Shown: positions 29,201 through 40,233, counted from the stretch's first letter. The stretch is DNA of 64,000 nucleotides from Selaginella moellendorffii (GCF_000143415.4 NW_003314350.1:310001-374000); one strand, 5' to 3'. Numbers and translations are program-made. The notes: generated by a model from the letters alone, not told the origin.

Positions 29201-29347
29201 GACAGTCTCTACTGATACAGCAGCATTGCCTTCCCCAAGCCTTTGACAGTGTATAACAAAGTTCCGATCCATAGACACAAGGGTCCCTTTTGCAACTCTC
29301 TTCCCACCATTCAAAATGTAAACCTTTTCCCCAACCCTAAAGGCCAT
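26279..29347 (-). CDS. Sola-like (DUF7869-type) DDE transposase, ~1,020 aa; one premature TAG at 26432-26434
   Basis: Motifs FSKCDEC, IIHDKMDQKKT, LQTDNAGSENKN, FLMVGHTHEDVDAMFS; two N-terminal repeats resembling the Tnp1/En-Spm-associated beta domain; frame continues 50 codons past the TAG to TAA at 26279-26281. Confidence 0.85.
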
Positions 29348-29535
29348 TTTGAAAGTGCAAAAAAAAAGTTAAGACCATACAAAAAATGATTGGAGAATGG
29401 CCTAAATCATAACATACTAAACAACCTCAATAGCATGAGGCCACATGCCATTATTCAAACATGCTATTGACACCCACGTGAAATTTCGCATTCACAAAAT
29501 TGGCATGAGCCCTCATGCCATTAGTGGTACCACTA

Positions 29536-29718
29536 ATGGCATGAGGCCTCACGCTATCTTTGGCCCCTGCTAGCCTGTTGCTATATTCCTTTTGCCTTGC
29601 TGCAACTGTATATATTTTTGTGTGCGTGACTAGTCACCCATACAAAAATATATACAGTTCAAAAGGAATATGGCAATAGGCTAGCAGGGGCTAAAGATGG
29701 CATGAGGCCTCATGCCAT
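29536..29718. repeat. ~180-bp inverted repeat (hairpin) capped by two 22-bp palindromes
   Basis: Arms CTTTGGCCCCTGCTAGCCTGTTGCTATATTCCTTTTG / CAAAAGGAATATGGCAATAGGCTAGCAGGGGCTAAAG; centre GTGACTAGTCAC at 29626-29637. Confidence 0.9.
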
Positions 29719-32700
29719 CTTGATATACACACAGCTGCAGGCAAGTAAAAACATACATGACAATACGCTAGCCATGAAATTGCAAGGGCCCAAGATGGCA
29801 TGTGGCCTCATGCCATTTCTAAATGTGGTCCTAAGCCATTCCATGGTGAACATACCAGGAAGCACAAGTGCCGAATATCAAGAGGAAGCGGTAGCCACAC
29901 CAAAGACAGTGCCGCTCGCAACACCGCAACTACTCGTAGCGCCGCTCGCAACACCGCAACTCCTCGTAGCGCCACTCGCACAAACTGCCACTCGCATAAA
30001 CTGCCGCTCGCAATGGCGCTCGCAATGCCACAACCGCTCGTAGACGCATAAACCACAGCTCACAACGCCGCTTACACAAGCAGCGCTCACTGCGCTCAGC
30101 GGAACCAAGAACACGGCGCACAAAAATGATAGACCTAGGAATGAGTTCGAGAATTCAAAAATAACACACGCTTGAACGTCACATCAAATCCTCTGACAAA
30201 CCAGATCTTATGACTCCTCTGACAAATTTCAAACTGAGTAGCTTCTAGACTTTGCTGTCGGAGGTTGAACTTTGTCACATCATGTCCTTGCCTCGATCCA
30301 GCTGTGCCATGTCAGTGATTCGAACTTTGCCATGCCATATCAGCGATCCGCGCCAAGATTATTCGCCGTGTAAAGGAATAATTATGCTGTGTGTGTACGT
30401 CCATTTATAGCAATATAAGGCCACACGCCATTCAAAGAATAATGCTAGTCGAGCATTTTTTGGTGCATTTTTGGGTTCAAAATTGCATGAGCCCACACGC
30501 TATAAAGTTTACCTGTACCAAAAATAGAAACAGCTTTATTTACTTGGGAATTTAAGTGGTTGAGGCATTTTTAAACTTACAAACACATGCCCTACTTACA
30601 TTCCTTTGGTTGCTTAAAATTCAAAAATATTATAAACCTTTCTTTTTGCATTTTCAATGTTTTCAATTATGGTTTTTGATTTTCACAGGACCAGCCTAGT
30701 AATCTATTTGCATCCCGTAATGTTTATAGCTAGCTTTCGTTTGTCCCCTTCGCTAGCCTGAGATACATCTGCTCGGCATCTGCCTCTTACAGCATTTGCC
30801 CAGAAAGGGCATCTTTCTTCACGCAACATTTGCCACATGTTTAAGGTTTAGGGTTTAGGGTTTAGCAATTCAGTCGCTTGATAAACATGCAAATACAGAA
30901 CTTGATGCAAAATCCTTTGATATGTCACAATGCCCCTAGGACCATAAACACATTTCAATAAAGAGGGTCCTTTCATTTCATAACTCTTTACGTAGATCTT
31001 GGTGAAACCAGAGTTAGTGAAGTTAGTTTCTTGTGATCCCGCATCTGATTGTGATGTCCCTTTGCAATGTCGATGGAAAGGTCAATGCACACCAAACTGT
31101 AAAATCTTGGAGCAAAATAACAGTCGGATCTATGGCAAATGCCCCTGAAACATTGTAAGGCTCGTGTGGTCTCATGTGGTGTTTGATCGAGATGCTTCTT
31201 TGCAGGGTCATCAAGAAAGACATTGTATACCATTCTGTAAAATCTAGTTGCGATCTAACGGTTGGATCTCGAGAAAACTCAAAAAAATCTCGCGTGTGTC
31301 AGAATATCCTAGGAATATACTCCTATGTGACCCTGAAAATGGCATGCGGCCCCACGCCATTCAAGAGATAACGCTAGATGACACCAAGAATTTTTTGGTG
31401 CATTTTTTGGGTTCAAAATTGCATGAGCCCACACGCTATAAAGTTTATCTTTGCCAAATAGAGAAAAGTTTATCTGTGTCATGTGAGGTAGTTACAGTCC
31501 TTTGTGCTCGGCATCTGCCTCTTGCAGCATTTGCACTGAAAGGGAATTTTTCTCCATTCAGCATTTGGCCCTGAAAATGGCATGCGCCCACACGCCATTC
31601 AAGGAATAACGCCACAGGACGCCTGGATTTTTGGGTTTAAAATGTTTAGGGTTTTTTGGGTTTTTTCAAAATATTTTGGGTCCAACATTTTTTGGGTTTC
31701 TTTGGTTCAAAATTGCATGAGCCCACACCCTATAATATTGATTTGAGAGAAAAATAGAAACAGATAGAATTTCTTTATTTAGCTAAACATCTGCCATTTT
31801 TGGAAATACAAGATGCTTTGGAATATCCAATCATGCATGGTATAAATATAGCGAGGGTATTAAATGATATCCCAATCATGATCTTTCTTTTGGATTTTGC
31901 GTGCATGCAGTCCGAGGAATGATGACGTTGCGGATTTCTTTTGGATTTTGCGTGCTTGCATGCGTGCGGCAATCCAGAAATTAATGGTGGCGCCCAAGTC
32001 CGAGGAATGATGACGTGGCGGGATTACCAACCGTTGTGACATTTCGCGCGTGTGAGGTTAGGTTTTGCATTTTGCTTTGTACTCGCGCTCGCGCTCGCAT
32101 CACACTCGCACTCGCATCGCGCTCCCACTCGCGATCACGCTCACATTCGCGCTCATCTACCTTCTCTACAGGTTTCTCGTGTGCATCGGCGTCCACTCGC
32201 GCTTGCATCACACTCGCGCTCGCATCGCGCTCGTGTGCATCGGCATCCACTTCAAGACACACCCAGTTTGTAACTTCGCCGCCAACTTTGCCGCCCACTC
32301 CGCCACCCACACGCAGCCCACTTGGTGTCCCGGGAGATTTCAGCGCCACTCTCCAACTGTTAAGTGCCAGAGTAGCCTTGCTGCTACGATCCGCTGCACA
32401 CACAGTGCACATTCGCCAGCGAGTCCGGCCTCAATTGTCACGCCTCCATTCAGCTTCAAATGGTAAGTCTTTTAGGCCAAGTAGAAAATGGCATGAGGCC
32501 ACATGCCATTCAGTAGCAACATTGGCATGCACCGATTGGGCTCTCGAGTGCAGTCCGGTTACAGATGGCGTGTAGCCTCACGCCATCTTAGGATGCAGCC
32601 TCAAGACATCTGATGCAGTGGTGAATGGCGTGTGGCCTCACGTTATTTCCAGCTGCTAGCTTTTCATCTGTCAGCTCTAATTGTTGTGCATTTCTGAACA

Positions 32701-33369
32701 GGCGAGGAATTGCGTTCTTCTTCCAGCCACTGTCAATGTGGATGTAGAGAAGGGGGAGGAGCTCACCAGTTGGACTTTCGGGATGGAAGGTGAGGATCTG
32801 AGGCTGTACAACACAGATGGTGGGAGAAAAGAATGCATGGGGATCCTCATCCAAGTGACAGACACTCCATGCAGTTCCATGCAAGAATATGGACTGGCAC
32901 TTGTGGTAGAGACAGCGTCCGCCTTCAAGATCCACCTTGCACATCCTAGCGGCTTCCTGGAGGGGGGCAATAGCTATGAGGAATTCCTAGAGGGAGCTAG
33001 GGAGAGGTTGTCCAGGAGGCCCACAATTTCAAAGACATTGCAGGTCTATGAAGATCACATGGAATCCATGGACCTCACCTACGGCGATGTTCAAAAACTA
33101 TATTCCAACATTGAGCCGTTGAGAGTGCCTCCAGTTCGCGAAGCGAAGGGGAAGGGGGTCGATCTGGAAACTACCCCGAAGCAGAAAAGGGTGGTCAAGC
33201 TCAAGCCGACGTTCGACTCTCTTGCTCCAAAAAAGAAGCTACTCGGTGATGCCATTGCCTCGGGTTCGAACACTACACCCACCAAAAAGAAGAGCCGCAA
33301 AGAGCAGAAAGAGCAAGAAGAGGCAGCAAAAATCGTCGCAGATAATAGTACTTGTTACTATTCCAACAA

Positions 33370-33760
33370 AGTATATACAATCGACGTGAGCCGTATCGAC
33401 ATCCAAAGCAAATACAACCACAGGCTAGTATCTGATGAGTGGGTGGAGAAACTGAAGCAGAAGATGCTGGCAAGTCCAGTAACACCCGACATCGCAAATG
33501 TGATCCCCTACTACTGAACAATGAAGGGCGAGACGAGGTTTCCAGACTTGATCAATAGGAAGGTGTTGGACGATCAGAACATCCGGTTCTATGCCGTCTC
33601 CGGGCAGCATTCTAGCTTGGCGATGCAACAGATAGTTGTGGATATTATGGTGGGCGAGGAGGTGAAGAAAGTCTTCAAGACAAGAGTTTTCCGCCTGATA
33701 AAAGGCAACTCGCCCCTCCGATCTATCATATCCATCTCCCACGCGCAGAATGTCAAGCAA
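33370..33760 (+). other. ParB/sulfiredoxin-like N-terminal domain segment
   Basis: VYTIDVSRIDI..NHRLVSDEWVEKLKQKM...FYAVSGQHSSLAMQQ resembles ParB box I and the GxHR-like box II; assigned by eye. Confidence 0.6.
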
Positions 33761-36700
33761 GAAACGTGCTACAAATCGGGTCTGCACGAGACATTGGCAC
33801 GAACACGGAAGCTCTGGGTTCAACTGAAAAAGCCACAAAAACCAGGACAAGGATGTGCACTAGCAACTAGCGCCTGGCAGGTAAGCCTCGTTGCATGTGG
33901 CATAGCATGTGGCCTCACGCCATTTCCATTGCAGGAATTCTCGAGTCTTCTCTCGAAAACACTGGGGGTCAATGACACACTCAGCATCCATAACATTCTA
34001 CTCGCGACAAAAGTTGTTTTTGACAAATGGGTAGATGTGCTGAGGAGGTACCATGACGGGGAGTTGCTAAACTCAATGGGTGTGGAGGACGGCCGGAAGC
34101 CCAATGATTTGAAGCTCAACGCCTTGCGTTTCTCGCGGTCTCTAGACGACGACGACCTTCTGACAGTGGCTAATGCTCTTCTACGTGGTGAGGTAGTGTT
34201 CAACAAGACCAAAATGACTCCCGGCCATATTGTGACATATGAGGACTTGTGCACGACTCTGAGAGCTCGTGCGCTATTGAAGGATTGGATCTTCGAGCAA
34301 GTGGCCGTGGAGAGGGTGAGCATCGACACCACGCAAGAGATGATGGAAGAGCTGGAGTTGTCAAATGAAGACATCGACGACTACGTGAAGGGGGCCCCCA
34401 AGTTCATCGATCTGCTGCGGGATGCCACGAAAAGTAAAGCTGAGAAGTTGGATCAGTATCCAAATTTCATTAAGAGGGATGTCGACCGCCGGCTTCAGAA
34501 ACAACTCGACCCCGCAGCAGAGGCCTATCGAGAACCTTACCGGGTATACGTGAATTCGGATGAGGATCAAAGGTGGAGGAGCATCGTTTCCCGCGGAGAT
34601 GAGTAGGTCAAGAACATCTTTTGTGTGATGGACTTCACAAACGAGGAGATCACTCATGCAGACGAAGTCAGCTCCATCATTGACTTAATGGTGGGACTTG
34701 CAGAGGTGGAATCTTCAGTCCACTATATGATCTACGACTCCGAATCCTATCACAAGTTCTGGAAGGCCTTGAACGAGGTGAAGGCTCGGTTGAAAGGCAA
34801 GGAGATGCAGGAGATCCATGGGATAATGGCTAAGAAGAAGATACCGACGAATGTCCGCATCTTCACACTCGCCCTTGTTATTGGTCCTGCAGCAGAGTGG
34901 GACTGGAGTGACTTCCCAGCTTCGTTCGACAAGGCCGATCGAATTGATCTGAGGGAGGTTAATTTACCCGTGCCTGAGGAACTGAAGACGGCTATAGAGC
35001 TTTCGAATCCAGAGAAAGCTCCAGGTGCAGCATGGGAAATGCTCAGCTGGGTCTTCAACGCAATAGCACCTGCTTCCGACTCCAAGGGCAAATGCGTTGT
35101 CGAGTACAACTGCGGTGGACTATTCTTTCGAGCCGCACTACTCAAGGGTGTCCCGTGTGTTGCGGTGACAAACTCCATTGAAGAGGTGACTTCAATGAAG
35201 CATATAATTACAGTTGCCAAAGAAAAACAGTATCTTCTCTGCGAACCTGGTGAGTACGCACTTTAAGTTTAAATGTTATCTCACAAGCTCTGTATGCAGG
35301 AGCGTGGCCACCCCCAGATGCTGAAACGGCGTTAACAGCTACTGTTAAAGATACCCATGTTGGGCCGAGCTCACAACCTGCACAAGGTAAGGTCACGTGA
35401 GGCCTCACGCCATTTTGATTATAGATCGTTGTGAATATTCAGACACGAGGACTGAAAAGCGCACTGGTGGCGCGTCGAAGAAGGACAAACAGACAAGCAA
35501 TAGGAAAAAAGGAGGTACAAATTATATTTGCAATGGCGTGTGGTCTCATGCCATTCCTTGCAGGAGACACTTCTTCAAAGGCAAAATAGGCAAGCACCAG
35601 CCAAGCTCAAACTGACAGTGGTCATAAAAAGCGAAAGCACGTTGCACAGTCGTCGGGATCAGAGGCGTTTGATTCGAAAAGGAAGAAGGGCAACGAAAAG
35701 ATGATAGGTAATGCCTCGCAGTCACCACCTCCTGACTCAGATTCTTATGGCGGACTCCCCTTCCCCAATCTCAATGGAGAGGTACAATGGATGAGGGATG
35801 CTTTTCAAGTCAGGGCCACGTTTTTCTCATCTCGTCGTCTTCGAAGGGTGCAAGAACGTGCAGAAACCATGTTAAGACAGTCGGGTGAGGATACGGTCCT
35901 AGGTCACGCACTAAAACAGGCTATGGATGTCTTGTATTTTGAGATGGAGACTCGGCCAGATGATTTTCCCAAGATGGTCCTGGAAGAACAAGCCATCCAG
36001 CCTGAGCAGCCTATGGAAGAAATGCAGGAGGGGGATGAGGAGCCAGAGAAAGATAATGAGCAGGAAGAGCAGAAGGACGAAGAGGAGGACAAAGAAGAGG
36101 AGGACGAAGAGGACTTGGATGGTCCTCACAATGGTGACGATCACAATAACAACGACGACGATGATGACGACGATGGCCAGCCTGAGGTGGCCAAAGAGCA
36201 GCGGAGGAAGGTCATACAAGATAAACCATCAGGTAAATAATAGTACATCCATTCCTAACCTTTTACCATTTCTAACATTGTCCATGTAGGTCGCAAAGCA
36301 AATGGTAAGTAGAGATTATTCAGTTGAATTAAGATACAAACTCTAGCCTTTAGTGTCGAGGAAGGATAGTGCCAAGCAAGGGTCGAAACGTATGTCCAAT
36401 CCTTCAGAATCAGCAGTGCGCCCAAGTGATATCGGTCCTAGTTCCTCAATAGCAGTTGATGGTAAATACAGTATAGTCGATTCAATGTGCTAATGAGTTT
36501 GTTTTTAGTAGCCAGTAGGGAGGATACCATCTCAATCGAAGGGAGATATTTGGACATGCATATGGATCCGCTAGTGGACTCTACTTGCCTGCAAGAGTCA
36601 TCAGAGCTGGTGGAGGCTACTATCCATATCAACGCCAAGCAAGCTGACCACGCTCCACTTGATGCTGCCCATACCACTGAGTCAATCTTGTCCACGTATC

Positions 36701-37143
36701 CAATTGACGGTGACCAGGCGCCATTGGACCCGCATGAGGCCGCCCCAGCCGCCGAGCCGGTCGTATCCTCATTTCCAACGGACTCAACGTGTGCCCAATC
36801 GTCTGACTACGCGCCATTGGAACCTCCCTACACCGCCCCTGCTGCCTGTTCGGTCATGTCCACTTTGCCAACGGAGGCACCAGCTGAAATGGCGTGTGAT
36901 CACACGCCATCGGAACCACCCCATGCCACTGTTAAGCCAGTTGTACCAGAGTCTATAGCTGAAATGGCATGTGCCCACACGCCATCGGATGCGATTGACC
37001 CCACATTGCAGAGGAGAGTATTTCCGCCCTTCACGTTTCCGCGACCAAAACCCTCTGAACGACCATCGGGAGCACCATTCGCTAATATTGTAGATGGTAA
37101 AATTGACTTGTACCATTCTTTATGCTGACGCATTTCATTTCAG

Positions 37144-37700
37144 AGTCACGGCGAAGGTATTGTATTGTTTTTGATCTGAACGGTGTCCTTTTCTCCCATG
37201 AGCGTGGCTCGTCCTCGAATGTCACTGCACCCTCCAAAGCCTGCGGTCGCAAGCTGGTCAAAAGAGACAGATTCACATTAATCACACGGGAGAAACTGCG
37301 GGATCTAATAATGACCATGCGACACTTAAAACAAAGGGCCGGGTTCAATTTGCAATTGGGAGTTTGGACATCCATGATGCGCCACAATGCATTAACGTTG
37401 CTACAGATGATGCACGATCAGACGCGAGTAATATTACCATTTGACTTTCTCCTAACACAGGAGGATTGCTTGACTATGGTCCATGTGAGGGGTAGCAAGC
37501 CCATCTTCGTCAAACCAGAGCCTGTAGTGATGAACCGGACTGCTAGGCCAAGTGAAATCCTCATCATCAATGACTCGCCAATTAAAACTGTAGCGAACAC
37601 GCACACATATGCAGTGCACCCCATCTCTTGCAATATAGAAACTAGGGAGAAGAAACCGTATGTTCTGGGGGACCTTGCAGAACGGCTTGGAGCGATGGTG
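37144..37700 (+). other. FCP1/NIF-like HAD phosphatase domain segment
   Basis: CIVFDLNGVL (motif I), VWTS (II), KPIFVK (III), ILIINDSPIK (IV). Confidence 0.8.
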
Positions 37701-38421
37701 ATAGAGAACCGGCCAGTCCAGGAGGTGGCTGCAGAAATCAACCAAATGGCAGATGGAACGGTATATCAGAAGCCATTTGATCGGACAGACACTAGTCATC
37801 ATTTATGGCATGTATATTGTCTAGCCAAGCACTATCCGCATCTCCATAATCTGCTCAATCGGATGGGTTTTTCGACCACTGAACATGAGCGTGGACATAT
37901 TAGAGAAGAGATGGCATTACTATTGGGTTTAAATCCTGATAGTGTGGAGAGTGATGAAATTCCAAGATTATTGTATAGGCGTTGGAGGCAAAAAATAACA
38001 GTCTGAGATGGCATGTATTTATTTAAAAATGTAACTTATTATGGCATGGGGTTCCATGCCATTGTATTAATATTAAAAGACAATTCTTTGAGAGGATTTG
38101 CATTATACTAGAAGTGTTACAGCATGTTATTGGAAGTCTACGAAGTTGTTTTATTAATAAGGGGAAAGTAAAGATTGAATGGGGACTTGGGCTCCACCTA
38201 GACTCGGAGCAACTGAGCCAATATTAAAAGGATGGAAAGAAATTGGACGATGATGACAAGGAGAAGAAAGAGGTGAAGCAGTGGCAGGGGGAGGAGAAGT
38301 GATTGAGTAGACATTTCCTTGTTTAAAATAAAATGGCATGTGCCTCAATGCAGTTGAATTTTGTTATATTTATATACTATATAAAGGTTTGGAAACCTTA
38401 TTTTACAAGTGGGATAATGAC

Positions 38422-38448
38422 AATTCCCACTTTAACAAAATAGAGCTT
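38422..38448 (-). repeat. Right terminal inverted repeat
   Basis: Reverse complement of 24648-24674; followed by the TSD TTGT. Confidence 0.9.
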
Positions 38449-40114
38449 TTGTGCTATACCTTTGGGTTTTGTTTTTCTCAAATTGTTAATAACTATGTTG
38501 ATAATTCCATGGGAATTTCAAGTTCTTATAGCAGTCTATAATTGCCTAATAGAAACTCCAAATGTTTTGAAATTCAAAATTTATAAGTTCTTCATGAATT
38601 AAATTTAAATTCAAATTCAATAGTTCAATTCAATTCAAGGTATTTGGAATATTCTTTGATATGACAACCTGAATAAATAAATTTGAGTTTAATAATACAC
38701 ATCTAGACAAAAAGATTATTTCAATTGTTGGCTGCCATGGCTAGAGACACATCATTCCCCTACTCTGCTTTCATCTTGGCAAAACAGCTCTAAGGTTGAT
38801 TTCCTAAATCACATTGGATTTTTATGCTCACCACTCGGACATCCTATGAATAACTCAATCCAGAGCTCATCTTGAGAATTTCAATTGTGCTAGTCATATA
38901 GTTCATCACAATTATGATCTGATGGGCATTAGCCTCAGTCAGTGCCTATCAATCACACCCAGAGGTTTGCTATATCTAGGTCTGTGAGTTACCATGCTGC
39001 GCTGTTGTGATGATCTTTGACTATTCTTTGTCTATGATCCAAAGAAGCTCATGAAACTAGCTAAGGAGATCAGGTCACGGTCTGTCAAGGAGGTGTTTAA
39101 GGCCATCCACTTGCTAGGCATGGTAGAAATTTCTTTATGCCGATCAAATCTGTCATGCACTACTCTCACATTGCCTTTCTTATGTCACGTTCATGTATGT
39201 GTGGCAATCACAAAAGGTAAAAAGATCTCTCATTGCTTCTTCCTTGTCAAGGATGCCTAGAGCAACCACCCTACTGGCTCTTGAGGAGTTGGGTGCCCGT
39301 ACATCCTGCCAGCCTTGGCCATGGCAGCAACAAGGCCGTCAATGCCTATAGAAAAATATTGCCCAATTCCCTTTGTGCACGATAGAGCTGCTGTCAGGAG
39401 TGAGAGGGGGAGGAAAGGAGAAGAGAAGAGAGGAGAGGGGAGGGGGAGGAAGAGGTGTGGGAGAGAGAGAGAGGAGAGGGAGGGGAGACGTAGAAGTAAA
39501 AAATCATTTTAAGTGTTTATTATAACATATTAACCACTTAGATTAATAATATCACTAGAAAAATATTTGAATTATCTCTTAAAATAATCTTAAATTTTTT
39601 ATTTTATCAATTGATCTCTAATCAAGTTTATTCTGATTTTAATAAAATTTATTATAATGACATAAGGAGTTAAAATCTCTATAACATTTTGTGATGCTAA
39701 TTGAACAGTTCAAATTTGAATTCAAAATTTGAATGAATTGAACTTAATTGAATTCAAAGCAAAAAAAGTTAATTTGAATTCCAAAAATATTGAATCCATC
39801 TGACTTATGTTATCATTTTTTCATTTTCCAGAGGGAAGGATAGTGTAATGTCTTTCAATACATATATGTATATGGTGCTAATTTTTGTAGTATAGCATAT
39901 TAACTGTCCTTTTGAGATTGAATCTGGTCTATCTATTTTTCTATATAAGCAAGGGTCTAAACCCAAATTAATATATTTATCCTATATCTCAAGCACTCAT
40001 AATAAGAAATATTAGTAAATTAATTAAGCTATATATACTAAAGTTAAAATGAAAGGATAAAAGTCTTTAGTCAACTATCTTAAATATATAAACTATTTGG
40101 CATAATGTATTTTA

Positions 40115-40215
40115 AAATATATTTTAATCATTAGTTAACAAGTGTAAATTAATGGTATATATATCATTTATATACCATTAATTTAAACTTGTTAACTAAT
40201 GATAAAGATATATTT
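40115..40215. repeat. ~100-bp AT-rich hairpin just downstream of the lectin stop codon
   Basis: ATCATTAGTTAACAAGTGTAAATTAATGGTATATA...TATATACCATTAATTTAAACTTGTTAACTAATGAT. Confidence 0.85.
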
Positions 40216-40233
40216 GGATGATATAATTGTATA

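Larger units (their letters stand above)
32460..38006 (+). pseudogene. 10-exon cargo gene (~1,632 aa): ParB-like domain + degenerate N6/N4-MTase-like domain + acidic linker + FCP1/NIF HAD phosphatase; three in-frame stops
   Basis: Exons 32460-62, 32702-33880, 33935-35249, 35300-35386, 35443-35514, 35564-36232, 36290-36304, 36354-36461, 36509-37096, 37144-38006; all introns GT-AG and phase-consistent; total 4899 nt; stops TGA 33515, TAG 34604, TAG 35587. Confidence 0.75.
24874..38355. repeat. Dispersed 22-bp palindrome family ATGGCRTGNGGCCNCAYGCCAT (~30 copies)
   Basis: Copies at ~25191, 25279, 25879, 26039, 26185, 27527, 27584, 29430, 29500, 29536, 29697 (perfect), 29795, 31339, 31577, 32488, 32565, 32625, 33902, 35392, 35533, 36889, 36964, 38041, plus degenerate ones; none noticed outside the TIRs. 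Confidence 0.92.
24648..38448. mobile_element. 13.8-kb TIR DNA transposon (Sola-like DDE superfamily) with cargo gene
   Basis: TIRs AAGCTCTATTTCGTTAAAGTGGGATTT (24648-24674) and AATTCCCACTTTAACAAAATAGAGCTT (38422-38448), 25/27 match; TTGT TSD at 24644-24647 and 38449-38452; internal DDE transposase. Confidence 0.9.

Noticed and set aside
30845-30864. Interstitial telomere or chromosome fusion site
   Set aside because: Only about three units; better read as a telo-box.
31981-32575. ORFs of 133-186 aa on both strands
   Set aside because: Low-complexity CGCTCGCA-rich promoter/5' UTR sequence; the spliced model starts at ATG 32460.
24874-38355. Palindromic repeats as a CRISPR array or REP/RAYT system
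   Set aside because: Spacing is irregular, there are no uniform spacers, no cas or HUH tyrosine transposase motifs are seen, and the context is eukaryotic.
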